The translations under genes and the position numbers were made by a program. The notes below the pieces were generated by a model. That model was not told the origin of the DNA. It ran no database searches and saw only the letters and a list, made by a program, of their open reading frames with translations. Shown piece after piece: positions 50,240-64,000 of a DNA stretch of 64,000 nt. The stretch is taken from the NCBI GenBank assembly GCA_002633005.1, contig NMRA01000030.1, positions 1,271,588 through 1,335,587 on the forward strand. The letters run 5' to 3'. The stretch is from Phoronis australis. Lineage: Eukaryota > Animalia > Phoronida. Every line of letters starts with the position of its first letter. The stretch's first letter is position 1.

Positions 50240-53200
50240 TTTATTACTTGGCGGAATTCTTCGAATTCCGACAAGTATGTTGCTCTGTCGTCAAGTTTTA
50301 GTTTTACTTGGCGCCAGGTATGTTCCTCTTCCATCAAGTTTGTTATTTTTGTTTTTTAGCACGATACAGGTCGCAATTTTCGTCCCATCATAGAGATTTG
50401 TGAACGAGCTTTCAGACTATGTTTTACATTTTCTCTAGAAAGTCTACTTTTCGAGTTATTCGAGATTTTCTGATAGCGCTGTTCCTTTGTTGAGCGCTCT
50501 TGCTTCATTGATGTTGGTTTAGCTTCTATTGAACCTGACTGTAGCCTATTTACTTGGCGGAATTCTTCGAATTCCGACAAGTATGTTGCTCTGTCGTCAA
50601 GTTGTTTTTTTTTTGTTCGCACTCTACAGGTCGCAATTTTTCGTCCGATTCTCACGAAATTTGCACAGGACGTGTAGATCGGAAAGTCCTGGAAGCTTTT
50701 TGTTTTTGGTCATGATCGGATTCAAAATGGCGGACGTGGCGGCCATTTTGTTTCCGATGTCACATTCAAATTCTCACATTTTTGACGTACAGATCTCAAA
50801 CTTGGTACGACTACCATAAAACACATGTGCTAAAGCTGTGCCGAAAAACGTTGACATCCGGTTAAAGATGGCGGAAATATTGACAATGGCGCATGCGCAC
50901 CTCGATATCTGGCCAAAAACGTTTTCTCCTGTAGAGGGCGCATTGGCAAATCAATCACTTTCAAACTGGCCGCTCTGGCGCATTTTTACCCATATTCAAT
51001 CGTTCTGCTGTCGCCTTTTTAACGGGAAGAGCAAATGACGTGAATTTTTGCATGTGGACTCCTTTAAGTATGCTCTTTCAAAAGTTTTGCGATAACGTTT
51101 TTCTCAGACAAACCGTTTTCGAGTTAAACACAAAATTTAATTTTTTTCGAAAAAATTATGGAATTTTGCGAAACTATGAATTTAGATAGAGTTTGGAACG
51201 GGCTTTCAGAAGAAGTTGCTCATTTTTCGCTAGGACGTCAACTTTTTGAATTATTTGACATTTTATGATAGCGCTGTACCTTTGTTGAGCGTTCTTAATG
51301 CATTAATGTTGGTTTTGTTTATTTGAACAAGACTGTAGCTTATTCTTAATGATTTATGACATCTAAGTTCATCATATCAATGTTATGATGTTTTTTATCA
51401 TCTCCACCACCATCTTCCATCATATTTGTCATCATCGTCATCATCTCCGACGTCGTCTTTTCTTCAGTTAATTTCGCCAAGTGTCGCTCATGACTGTACC
51501 ATATTTCTTAGTGATTTCTAACCTCTACGTTCGTCATATGAATGATATCATAACTTGCATTGTCCATCATCGCCACCATCGTCATCATAGCTGTCATCTT
51601 CGTCATCATCTCTGTTGTCGTCTTTTCTGGTCGTTTGTGATGTGTTTTTTTGGTTAATTTCGCCAAGTTTCGCTCCTCGGAGCCTTTCATATTGTTTGTT
51701 CGCACGATACAGGTAGCAATTTTTGTACGATCATCACGAAATTTACACAAAATACGTAGATTCATAAGTACTGGAAGCCTATTGTTTTTCGTCATAATCG
51801 CATTTAAGATGGCGGCTGTTTCGGCCATTTTGTTTTCATTTTAAGATTCAAAGGATTCTGGAGGCTACATTTTTTTTACGTACAGCGTTGAAACTCGGCA
51901 CAATTATTGGACTGGACATGCGCTACAAATATGCTGGAAATTGTTAATTTCCGATAAAAGATGGCGGAAATATCGGCGATCGCGCATGTGCACCTCGATT
52001 TTGGCCTAAAAAAGTTTTCTCCTGTAGAGGGCGCATTATAGGGCCAGTTCCTTCGAATTTTTACAGGGCTTAGTTTCTTATGACTTGCTATTATACAGAG
52101 CCAAAAAACTGAAGTTGCTTTCAAGATAGCGGATAGGGCGCATGTTGACCCATTTTCAGTCGTGCTGGAATGCCAGTTTAAACTTGAAGAGAAAAAGACG
52201 TGATTTTTTGCATGTGGATTCTCTGAGGCTTACTCTTTCAGATGACCTATAACAATTTTTCTCTCAGACTTACCGTTTTCGAGTGATTTGACTTTGAATT
52301 TCAAACACACGCAAAATTTCATTTTTTCGAAAAATTTACGGAATTAGATGATACCATCAGTTTCGATAGAATTTTGAACGGGCTTTCAGAAAATGTTTTT
52401 CATTTTTTGATAGGACGGCTACTTTTTGAATTATTTGAAATTTTCTGATAGTGCCGTTCCTTTGTTGAGGGCTTTTGCTGCATTGATGTTGGTTTAGCTT
52501 CTATTGAACAAGAGTATAGCCTATTTCCTGCTAATTTATGACATCTAAGTGCTTCATATGAATGTTATGATGTTGTTCAGCATCATCTCCATGGTCATTA
52601 TATTCGTGAATCTTCGTCATCATCTCCGTCGTCGTCTTTTCTGTTAACTTCGCCAAGTGTCTGTCCTCTACGTTCGTCTTGTGTTATCATAACTTGAATT
52701 TTTCATCATCACCATCATCGTCGTCATATTCTTCATGTTTGTCATCATCTCTATCGTCGTCTTTTCTGTTACTTTCGCCAAGTGTCGCTCCTCGGAGGGC
52801 TTTCATTTCTTTTGTTCGCACTCTACAGGTCGCAATTTTTGTGCGATTCTCACGAAATTTGCACACGACGTGTAGGTCGAAAAGTCCTGAAAGCCTATTA
52901 TTATGATCGGGTTCAAAATAGCGGACGTGGCGGCCATTTTGTTTCCGATTTCAGAGTGCAATGCTCACAGAGGCCCCATTTTTTGACATACAGGGCTGAA
53001 ACGTGGTACGATTATTATAGAACACATATGCTACAAATGTGCCGAAAAACGTTGACTTCCGCCGGGTTAAAGATGGCAGAAATATTGACAATGGCGAATG
53101 CACATCTCGATATCTGGCCAAAAACGTTTTCTCCTGTAGAGGGCGCATTGGCGATTCAATCACTTTCAAACTGGTCACGTTTTTGTTGCTATTGATCAGC

Positions 53201-53790
53201 TTTTATAATATTTTGTTTAATCGGAAGTCACTTTCAAGATAGCGACTCTGGCGCATTTTTACCCATTTTCAATCGTTCTGGTGTCGCATTTTTAACGGGA
53301 AGAGCAAATGACGTGAATTTTTGCATGTGGATTCCTTGAAGCTCTCTCAAAAGTTCTGCAAACGTTTTTTGCAGCTTACCGTTTTCGAGTTATTTGACTT
53401 TGAATTTCAAAAAACACAAAATTTAAATTTTTTCGAAAAATTTATGGAATGTTGCAAAACTATCAATTTAGATAGAATTTGAAACGGGCTTTCAGAAGAA
53501 GTTTTGCATTTTCCGCTAGGACGTCTACTTTTCGATTTATATGAGATTTTCTGTTCCTTTGAGCTGTCTTACTGTATTGATGTTGGTTTAGTTTATTTGA
53601 ACAAGACTGTAGCTTATTTCTTACTAATTTATGACATCTAAGTTCGTCGTATGAATGTTAGGATGTTGTTCATCATCGCCACCTTCATCACCACAATCAT
53701 CATCGTCGTTAATTTTGCCTATTGTCGCTCAAGACTGGACATGTAGGTAGCACTGAACAGTCAGGCCGCAGCCACGGAGCATTTTCTAGT
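50240..53790 (+). mobile_element. Helentron/HINE-like non-autonomous rolling-circle element with three tandem units of about 1.1 kb
   Basis: 5' hairpin CGGAATTC-TTC-GAATTCCG (50252, 50558). Anchor TTTCTCCTGTAGAGGGCGCATT at about 50923, 52016 and 53128. (ATC/GTC)n tracts and a 3' end GCATTTTCTAGT. A related fragment lies at about 54150-54545. Confidence 0.7.
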
Positions 53791-54929
53791 CCCTAGAATT
53801 TATGTTGAGAGCGTGTGTCAGGTTTGGCGGGTGGTTTGAGGAAATTGTTGACAACTGTTGCCAGGAAACTTATTTACTTGTGTTTTTGAATGAAAAAAGC
53901 TAAGTTTTACCTACTTTTAATGCAAACTGGTGGCTGTCATTTGCTATCAACACCTGTCGTCCTCTGTCCGAGAAACCGGGTGCGATTTCAGGTGGCATTT
54001 AGACAGATCAAATTTGCCAAAAAAGTAGCTGGTAAGAGGCTTACTATGACCTCATAGTTAAAATATAGTGAGGACGAGAATTCTGAATCCGTAGTCAGAC
54101 TTTTTCTAGCACTTGCAGGGAAGTGGTTATTTCGGGGAGAAAATTGTCAAAGTTGGAGTTTTTTGCCAATAGTTTTGTGTGCCGGGATTTTCTTGCCACG
54201 TATATTAACCGATCAGAAAGCTAACCAGTTCGATAGAGTTTTAAACGGAATTTCATGAGTTATTTTTCATTTCTCGCTAGTCGTCATGATCGTCGTCGTC
54301 GTCGTCCTCCCCATCGTCCTGTTTTCGCGTAATTTCGCCAAGTGTCGCTCCTCCGAGCGCTCTCGCACTGTTGCCAGTTTACCGGGTGCGCGTAAATAAG
54401 ACTGCTGGCTATTTCTTACTGATTTTTTCGTTAGAATGTTATCGTGTTGTTCATAATCTCCGCCTTCATCGTCATGATCGTCGTCGTCGTCCTCCCTATC
54501 GTCCTGTTTTCGCGTAAAGTGTCGCTCCTCCGAGCGCTCTCGATTTTTGAAATGCCAAAATCGCCCAACAAGGAATATACCAGTTTGCTCAAGGTTTAAC
54601 TGTGTTCACACTGACGTGGTCTGTAACAGTGCCGTAGTGGGTCGTATAGGCGCACGTAGGCGCAGCCAACCACGTTTTTGCTTTTCAATGTAGCGCCTAC
54701 CCACCGTAAGTTACTGTGAAGTGGAACGTAAGTGCACGTAGTTTTGATTATTATTTATAAAACAGCACACAAACAAACAAACAAATAAGTACATCCATTC
54801 ATTTACGCATGCACACCACCGGAAAGACCATTCTCGTATCTCGTTTAAAGTAAATAACTTCTACATGTAGTTAACGTGAACATCGAAAGTTTCCTATTTC
54901 GCAGAGAAGCTGTCATATACAAAGATTTG

Positions 54930-55620
54930 TATGCAATTAATTTTCAGCATTGTAGGACTCATAAGTATATGTAATAATCCTGTGAAAACCAGTTATATTT
55001 TTGTGACATCTCTTCTTGTAAATGTATTATTTGGCTATTAGAAGCAAGATGTTAAAAAGATAATCATGCGTCTCGTGAAGTCCAAGAATAACTCGATCGG
55101 AAGAGAGACTGTTGCAAGCTAAATGCGACAGTTTAGCATTAGCTGTCCGAATTCCTTCCAGAAATCTTGTTCAAAGCGACATTCCCAAAAAAGGTGTGAC
55201 AGCGTCTCTGGAGCTTTATTACAAAAGGAACATAAATTATAATCCCGAACACGGATTTTGACTAAAAAGGTATTTGTTGCAATAATCCTGTGTAGTATTC
55301 TAAATTTGAACCATCTAATGTTGGGATCATTTGTAATTTCATAAGGCAATGCGTATATGTTTTCCAATCTAAACTATCTCCTAACTCTATTTCCCTTTTA
55401 CACTCTGACTTAGAAAATTTCTTAACGTCATTAAAGACTGAAAAAATATGTCTACAACCCTTCAAATCATTCCGTAAGTAAGTGATTGCTAAAGGCATGC
55501 AAGGAGCGTAGACATTAACACTTTTAAATTTACTTTGAAAAAAAGACCTTTTTGAAACCTTTGAACGGAAACAACACCATTATATTCTACAAAGTTGGTT
55601 TTTACATCGAACTAATTTTT
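54930..55620 (-). mobile_element. L1/Tx1-clade LINE 3' fragment (zf-RVT region)
   Basis: WFKFRILHRIIATNTFLVKIRVRDYNLCSFCNKAPETLSHLFWEC. Confidence 0.88.
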
Positions 55621-56138
55621 CATATGAGTTTGAGTTGGAAGAAATTAAAGACATCAATGGGTACCTAAGGTGTCCTTCTATGAGCAAGAGGTACTTAAAC
55701 AACATGATTTTGATGTTTTTATCAGTGTGAGGCATAAGTCACCGAAAATCTACCAATGTATGAAACTCCCAGAGGAGCTTCACTGTTTCTACTGGGGTCA
55801 GCTAGAGACGGCGGTCACTATTTAATCCACTGAATAACAGGAATGTTATTCAGTTGTTACATTCATCAACTTTTTTGACCATGTCCTTGTCCTGTTGTTT
55901 TTTCCCGTTTTTCTCTAGTATGAAGTGACCAACAACACATGTATTCGCCTGGTCAAGTCTAGACATTTGCTGTCACTGGTGAGTTCCATCTGACTAACAC
56001 TAACAGCCTGATTCCGTGATGTGTAACTAGTGAACCTACACTGAAGTTATCACAACATATTGATAGCGTCATTCTCAAAACCAGAAAACATTATATCCGA
56101 CTTGTTTCCAAAGTAGTTAGGTGTGATAAGACTGAACT

Positions 56139-56295
56139 CAGGGGCGGATCCAGGATTTTGAGTTGGGGGGAGCAGGGCAGATTATTAGCCAGAATTTTGC
56201 CCGACAGACATTCGCACCTCCGTACTGCCAAATGGAGTATTGGAGAGTTTTAGGGGGGCCATGGCCCCCTTGGCCCCCCTCTAAATCCGCCACTG
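56139..56295 (-). mobile_element. 157-bp MITE (inverse of 13549-13705); an eroded third copy lies at about 56819-56964
   Basis: CAGGGGCGGATC..AATCCGCCACTG with exact TSD GAACT. Confidence 0.88.
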
Positions 56296-59200
56296 GAACT
56301 CTGAAGTCGAAGTCCAAGCGGCCACGGCGCACTCACAGAGATGTGTCAAAAATCACCATGCGATTTGTCTTCAATTCAAACCCCTTTTAACTCACTTTTA
56401 AGCAAGTACCATCGTGCAGGCGTGCATGGCTGATCCAGGTTAGATTCCCGGTTCGGATATTGATCTGAGTCGGCATTTACAACAGCTCAGTAACATTTAC
56501 ATTGATACAAAGACGCGATAGGCCTACTGCCTGAACCAGAAATCTCGACCCACCATGTTTACAAAAGCACCGTCTACCGCGCAAAATGATAGCGAAGGCA
56601 AATGTACTTCATATGAGTAAGATAATACACGCTGTGTTGGCTTACGTAGTAAATGGTCATATTATCAACAAACTGAACTGAAATTCATGTACATGTAATT
56701 ATCGATTTCTTATTATGTAAATAAACCTGAATTAACAATGGCTTCACTCTTTTCACTTGGCATTTTTCAGTTTTATTATTTGAACGCTTTTTATGAATTG
56801 AAAGTTTACGTCTCTTTACAGCAACAGGATTTTGAGTTGGGGGAGGGGGACAGGGGCAGAGTATTTTGCTCGTCAGACATTCGCACCCCCAAACTTCCAA
56901 ATGGAATCTGGGAGAAGTTTAGCAGAGCCATGGACCCCTTGCCCCCACCCTAAATCCGTCACTGTACTGTGTTACAGTAGACACAGCTGGTGTCCAGTTT
57001 TCACCACTTCGGGGCCTACACAGTATTCACTCCCTAGAACACTACAATTTTCGACCCTCCAGGTAGCCACAATTCTTGAGCTACACCCCTCCCCTCGTTG
57101 CCATATTTTCTTCCCATTTCCCTCTTTGCGGGGGATCCGTTACAACTTGAGGGTCCTAAGCAATTCAGATCAACTTGGTGAATTTAATGTGCATTGACTT
57201 TCAAACTTAGTGGAGAATAATTGGCAATAGTGACCAAAGTTCGAACATGCACTGAAACAAATGCCTCCAAGGGTATCCAGAACACTTCTGGTGTTTTTGT
57301 AACCTCAAAATTCACGCAATAGGTGAACGCTCTTTTCATGTGTGCGAACTTCAGTTAGCATATTATTCTCAAGACTGAAAAACACGCGACTTCCCATATT
57401 GTAACGTTCATCTCCGAAAGGACATTTGAAGCTACGAAAATACTCGAAGTGTTTCGAAGAAAAATTTGTAAATAGGAAAATAGCCAATATGCTCTAGATG
57501 TTCCGAGTGAAAATTTGTAGCTACGAAAATATCCGAGAGGTGTCCCAAATGGGCCCTAATTTTTAGTTTTATGAATAGTCTGGTACTAGAAGAATCTCCA
57601 CCCATTTAGACAGTGGCTAAAAAAACATTAGGTTTGTGGTCCGAGGTTTGGAGTTTAATGAAATTGTAGCCCAATGTTACAAATGCAGAATCTTTTTTTA
57701 CCATATAATGCTAACAACTGAATCCTTTTGTAGTAATTCTTGGACAGCTGTCTTTTTTACTCATTAAGCTTGAAGAAGTCGGCTCAGAGATTCCTGTTTT
57801 CAAAAATAAGTCTGGTGCCCAAAGTTTTAAAAATACAGGTATCGTATTAAAACCCCTTCTGCAGTAGGAAAAGATACCATTTCCAGTGTTTTTAACTTCC
57901 AGAGTGAAACCAGTTGTATTCATGGGAAAAAGTTTGCTATCTTGGTAAGGATTTTTTTCAGGCACCATTTTGACGAGAAATTGTTTGAGAGAAATCACCC
58001 ATCTGAGTGTCATGTCCTGTATAAACCTGTGGGAGTACCCCCTTGGAATGGCACAAGGAAATTACTCTGAAAGCCCACGGATGTTGGAATGAACCCTATC
58101 CCTATACCTAACAATTTGGTTTGAACATCTTGGAAAGTACAAGCACAATTGTTGATTTCAGAATGCGCTTAGCAGATGGTGTCTTCTGGCTCTCAGATTT
58201 CCTTCGAATTAAACTCCTTAAAGGTGCTATGAATGCGTTGTATGTGAAAAAGAATAAATTTTGATCTGAACGACTTACCACTATGTACAGGAATTGGAAT
58301 GACTAAAAGTGGTGAAAACTTTCCAGATGATCTATCATTTCACAAATAGGCTGGTGTGATAGAAATATTTTTTGTGTTGTAAAGTTTAACTGAAATAAAT
58401 GTTTTTGCATGAATCAAGTTCAAATATGATAAAAAAGAAGAAGCTGAAATCAAATAAGAAGAAATAAAAACAAAATATAGGAAATCCTCTTAAAAGAGGA
58501 AAATTCCAAGCCCTGTATATATCCCTGTCTCAACTTCTTCCTTAGTGGACTTGGAAGAACCCAAACTTTGTTTCTGCTCAAATCCATGGTTATTGCACCA
58601 GGTCTTAAGCAATAACAAACTATCAGTTCAACGGAAGCCAATATGTCACGTGTAATCTCAGTAAGGAACAGTACGAGATCAAGAGTCTAATCACGAGCAC
58701 ACACGTGAAGATTGACACCGGACACTAGTATCCAAGTCCAAGTGCTGGACATGCCAATATTCATGCAAGCAATTGTGATTAGATTTTTGCTAATATTTTG
58801 GCCAAAAACAACATTGTTAGTACGAGACCAATCTTATATTGTTACATGACGGTTCTAAAGAGGTTGGGTTAATAGCACTTTGAAAAATGGTACACTTTGT
58901 GGATAAGGAACTTAAAAAGGGTTCATTTTTTCAACTCAGTATAGGACATATATTTCCTTATTCTGCACATTGTTTTTAAACTCTTTTTGGGGTGAACAGA
59001 TTCTAACCCAGTCTTATATGGATTGATTTAAAACCCTGAAAAGGGATTATGTGATCATGTTTTGGGAATACACCTCTAGAGTGAAGCTTTCAATCCAAAT
59101 CGAACTCGAAATTGTTTTTGTCACTTGCAGTCCACTTTCATGTGAGATCAAGATAGTACTTAATGACCACTAGATTCGAACTAAAATTTGAGTAAAAACT

Positions 59201-59887
59201 TAAAATTTTTGGTAAAACCTCGAACTCAGACTTGAACTTTTAGCTCTAATGCTGGGATCATCACTTGCCACCAATAAGCCTATGAGTGTAATATTTCTAG
59301 GAACACAGTAATAATGTTAGGCTTTTTAATTTTGAGTCAACGTTAGGGGTGTTTGCCAGTGCGAATATTCTGAAGCATTTTACACTGCCCAACTCTTGCC
59401 ACGAGGAGGCCCTCTCAATAAGAGTCAAATTTGTAATTTTGAAAAACTTTTCGAAATGTTGACTAAAATCACTGCTGTATTATGTACATGTAGATCCTAA
59501 CCACACGAGTGACACACTAGCATATTGCTCAAAACACTGAGCAAAACGTAATGGTAATAGTAACATACAGGGGGCCCCCACTTTGAGAACCAGTGTTTTT
59601 TACTGCATAACAAGAACCTGTTTTTTAGTGAAGAGCAGGCGTTAAAATTTGTTCTCAAAATGCGGATTGCCAGCGAGTAACTATTGCCTGGATAACAATC
59701 CAACCCACCTAACGCACAAGAAACCGTCGATTTGGGTTAAGTGACCTAACTTAAAATCTTTGAAGTATCCTGACCTCCCAATTTTGAAATGTGAGATGTT
59801 TATGCAACTAGTCCGGCATTTCAAGGAACCAGGTTTAAAGTTCGCTTGCTTACAAAGTCCAAGATGCTTTAATTACAGCGAACCTTA

Positions 59888-62800
59888 TAGTCCAGGCCCT
59901 TAACCCGAAAACGTTTACACCTCGGATTAAAGCACCAAATTTGGCACACTGGTACTTTTTGACATGCTGAATCTCATGTCGGTTGCCCAAATTTTGAGGT
60001 CAAGGTCAAGGTCAAACCTTGAAAAACAAAATGGCCGCCAAGTAACACTTCTTTGGTTGCTTAAAGAGGTGATCACACATTTTAAGGCTAGGTAATGGTA
60101 CTTTCTTAACTAGAATTCTATCAAAATGACATTGCAATATACTTTCCTTATAATATGAAAACCCCTCATTTGCATAAATCCAATATGGCGGCCAAAATTT
60201 AACGAACCAACTACAATTTTTACAAAAGCATCGATTTTGATCTGGTGCAAGACTAATAATACAAAAACAAATAGGTTCTCTTACCAAAAACGAACTCAAT
60301 TTATCATTAATTTGTACAATTATTATGAAAATTCGGTTGATGTTATGATAAAGAGACCAATAGATGCATAGCACTTGACAGACTACCAAAAACTCGGAGG
60401 CCAGCTTTGATAAATGACGTTAATATGCTTGTTCTAGCTCCTGTCTACATAATATAAACCGATTGTCAATTGCTTATGATATCAACATAATAAAATGGAT
60501 TAATGTCAAATTGTCCCTGTAGCTCACATAATTCAATTAACCGTGACACTATCATCCCTTCCTTTGCGCCAAAACGAACCACGATGTCACTGACATGTTC
60601 CCTGACATTTGCTAAGCGTTGTGCATGCTAAGGAATCACATCCACAACACTTGCCGCATAGTTGTAAACTCTTGCAACCACACTTAATGAGCAGCTTACC
60701 AGCTTTGGAGACTTCAGGCATTTCTATCCAGCCTGGTGTCCATTGTTGGTCTGTGTCTCTCTACCATCCAAACCCCTCTGGAGTCCTCTGCCAGCTTGAT
60801 ACAAGCATTTGTTAACATTCTTTATTAGTGGAGATTGGGTAAGCGATAAATTTGGCATGATCTGAACTTTTGGGGGAAAGCTCCTTTTGTAAAGTATTGA
60901 CCTGGCTGGTTTCGGCTTTTCGATGATAAACGAGACATGTAAATGTCATTTGTTTTGAACTCCTGACTGTCGATGGTGAGTTGCTGAAAGGAATTAAAAT
61001 TGCCGGCATGAGAATGCCTGAGTAGCATCAGGGTTAGCTTTCCATGTCTTCCATGCTGTTTTCTTTCCTTCTCCATAGAACTGGGATGTTGTATCCGACC
61101 CTGTTAGGGCATGAAACTGGTAGAGCTACACACAAATCGTACCCAACCTGGTCAAACACGCTACTGGCAAAGAGCTCCCGCGCGTTCCTTCCAGCTTTAA
61201 CCACTACCCGTACTAGAATTGCTGGCTGCAAAGCCTTAAACTGATCAAAATGCCAATAAGAACGACCACAACATCAGTATCCACTGCAGTAACCAGTATT
61301 CTCTGATTACCTTTGATGAAACGTCTGCAATGTACAAGCCCATAGGGGTGTCCGACTCCTCATGATCGCACGGCGGTATGTCAGAACCAGAGGAAAGAAC
61401 AGACTGGCCGTAGGTAACATATATATCTTGTTCTGGAAAACAGGCGATTGTCAAACAATTCCTCTTTATTCTTAGAGTTTTGCAAGAAATTCTGGAAGTT
61501 CAGAAGTCGCATTTGGGGTGAAACTTAGGCAAGGTCACCCGAACCTCTATCAGCTTTTGCGGTGGCCTTCAAGCTGCCTTCGGTGTAAGCATCTGCAAAC
61601 ACAATGTCAACTCTACTACAGTTGTGAAGTTTAGAATGTGCCCACCGAACTGTTCGAATGTCACTGATTCGTGTGGAGAAAAGCTGTGCACAATAGCTTG
61701 TCGATCAAAGACTTCGACATCGACGGATTCAGGAACGTCTGGATGAGGAAATTCCAACATGTTAAGTAACTGTGACTTCTGTGAAGGTAAACGGAGACTG
61801 CCGTTTTGGTTCAGGGATGGTGGCCAAGAATGATTCTCATGCATAAGAAAATCATCCAGGTTAGCTTCTAGAAATTGACTAGCTACAAAAAGCTGACTAA
61901 GCTGCGGTCTTTCTTGATGTCATCCATGCGTTGCTGAGTTGCTCTTTTTGCCTTTCCACTAGCTTTTTTGAAAACGGCATACTTGTTTTTTCTTGATAGG
62001 AGCCTTTATTGGTTGTGACTTTACAATTAGGACTGTTTGCTTATAGTTGTCATATTGCTGTTTTCCAGTCACTTCGATAATCTGAAGATTTGTAGCGTAT
62101 CTATCGTCATAAGTTTATCACCATGGACAAAGAAAGGGTTTCTCTTGGCTGAAATTACATCTTACACCACACAAACTGTTCACATGGTTTTCAAAGTTGT
62201 TCTGGAAGGATGTCCTGTCTTTGTGGTGGCTTGTCTCCTCGCTATTGTATTCAAAACTCTATTGACAATCAAACTCAGTCACCAACCAGGCTATCTCGTT
62301 CCCAAACACTACTCTGTCAAAGCGTTTGGATTTTCAGTTAATCCAATAGCCCCATCACTGTCTTTGACTAAGGCATTATTTTGTTGATCCGCTTGGTCAA
62401 TTGCAATAGCACAAAATCTTTACTGTGTCTTTGAAATGACCCAGTGTTTCTTCAAATGTTGTCATAGGTTAGCTGACATAGCTGTCATGTCTTGGATGTG
62501 GAAAGGGACCCATCTTGCATAATTTTGAAGGTGAAGAGCAAGGAAATAGAGCACAAGAAATTCAAGGACATCAATGTACAGTGGCAAGTTGCTTTCGCAA
62601 TGAGCAAGGACGAACATCAAGATCAGTAAAATCACATTTCAGAAATCAAATTTTGGACTTCTTGTTTGGTTATCACTTTTCCAGCCGGAGAACGATGTTG
62701 GTCGAAAACTGCACCTTCATTTCCCACAATAAGAAAGGGTTCTTCCTGAAGCTTTGCCAGAGATATGCATGTCATTTTCGAGTCAAGTGCGAAGCTTGTA

Positions 62801-62950
62801 GAAAGGAATCAGCCCTATCAACTGTAGCCACTGAGGCCTGTGGCCTGAAGCAGGCAGTATGAATTTAACGAGAGCTGATGTATCGTTTCAGCTCAGGTAA
62901 CCAGCCGTCTTCGAAACATATCTATTAATTGTGCCTATGGCCTGTTATTC
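59888..62950 (-). mobile_element. Second decayed Academ (AcademX-type) element; distal boundary not found
   Basis: TAGTCCAGG terminus and AAAATGGCCGCC/GGTCAAGGTCAA subterminal motifs. Minus-strand remnants at 60590-62950: IAIDQADQQNNALVK..GAIGLTENPNAL, HENHSWPPSL..GSLR..KSQLL, PCDHEESDT, VDTDVVVVL, GFGW..WTPGWIEMPEVSKAGKLLIKCGCK..CGKCCGC. Confidence 0.85.
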
Positions 62951-63496
62951 AGAAAATGTACGTTATCTCAACTGCTTTCAATAAAGTTTTAGAACAATCG
63001 GTTGTCGGGCAATTACTAGTGGTGACTGTGGAGTAGGGCATTGCTCAAACAACTTGGCCTTGGGAAGAATCTACTACGAAATCAAAGTGTAATTTTTGTA
63101 GATATTATTTATCGGAATAGGGCTGTTGGAAAAATTAGTCTCTTATGCCTTATTAAACAACTTACATTGTATTTATGAGAATAGCTACTGTACTGATTTA
63201 AACAGGAAATCCATGCTCCTGTCTCCTTAGTAGTTTCTGAATGTTTTAGAATGGTTCTGGTTTTGCAATTAGACTTAATTAATAGATGATTGTTGCAAAC
63301 TTGACATCATGTTAACGTGGAAAGCAAAAACATGAAACAGTCGACGAGTCGGGGTCCATGACACAGAGAGGAGACTTGCATAGATTGCATATAACCAAAT
63401 GTGCCATTCTGACCAGTGAATCAGGCATTACAAAATTATGTTATCAGAAAAGTTGACTATTCCATTGAGGCTCTCACCAAAATGGGTCAGTTTTAA

Positions 63497-64000
63497 AGGC
63501 GAAGGCAACCTTTTTTCATGTCATTTTGAGCTAAAATAAGGTTGGTTGGTTATCCTAGACATATTTTCCACGTAATTACAGCTTTTCGTAATTTTATTAA
63601 TTACTCGTCCGCTCTTCCGGAAGTGACGTTTTAGGAGGCAAGCATTTCGCGCCAATTTCTTTTCATATAGTCTGACTGTGAAAGCTGCCGAGTCAGTCAT
63701 TGTTTTACCTCGGTTGTGTTAAGTTCCGTCGTCTTTTGCTTTCATTTACTAGTCAGTCAATATGCCACACTGTTGCTGCGTACCAGGATATACTAATTAT
63801 CGGCTCACGCGCGCTTTGGGAGTACCTTTGCATCGCTTTCCGATGGATGACACACTTCGCCGTACTTGGCTCGTTCGTGTGAAGAACACAGCGTTACCCG
63901 TCCACGCAACGTACAAAGCAGTGGAGAATTACCGTGTGTGTGGCAAGCACTTTCTGCCGTCCGATTACGAAAGGGATTTGTACGCTGAACTGATGAAGGT
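63497..64000 (+). mobile_element. Left end of a Kolobok-type element; runs off the window
   Basis: TTAA|AGGCGAAGGC terminus followed by a THAP ORF; the right end is not visible. Confidence 0.6.
63762..63998 (+). CDS. THAP zinc-finger domain (transposase N-terminus), partial; missing from the ORF track
   Basis: MPHCCCVPGYTNYRLTRALGVPLHRFPMDDTLRRTWLVRVKN..YRVCGKHFLPSDYERDLYAELMK. It has the THAP motifs HRFP, R..W and RVC.KHF; the expected second Cys is Tyr. Confidence 0.85.
   Translation, partial: MPHCCCVPGYTNYRLTRALGVPLHRFPMDDTLRRTWLVRVKNTALPVHATYKAVENYRVCGKHFLPSDYERDLYAELMK

Noticed and set aside
58217-58240. TTAA-AGGTGCTATG as another Kolobok end
   Set aside because: No matching opposite terminus was found.

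Overview
Eukaryotic, AT-rich, repeat-dense invertebrate DNA (lophotrochozoan/mollusc-like is an inference from the transposon families and frequent TACATGTA motifs), with two assembly gaps. One host gene can be reconstructed: a minus-strand gene with 7 coding exons (31751 to 19118, about 480 aa). All six introns are GT-AG and phase-compatible. Its C-terminus resembles the dynein heavy-chain stalk microtubule-binding domain, with no motor domain, and its last intron is almost entirely a 37-bp minisatellite made of copies of its own splice donor. The rest is mostly decayed mobile DNA: two BEL/Pao LTR retrotransposons, an IS3EU-type element with a 6-bp TSD, two Academ elements, two Kolobok elements (THAP/KolX remnants), an ISL2EU-like THAP MITE, several MITEs with 5-bp TSDs, a small non-coding LTR element holding a tRNA-bearing palindromic MITE, a Helentron-like 1.1-kb tandem array, a Tx1/L1 fragment, SINE heads and simple repeats. 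I found no CRISPR array, rRNA or intact autonomous transposon. All family assignments are motif recognition by eye, not database searches.
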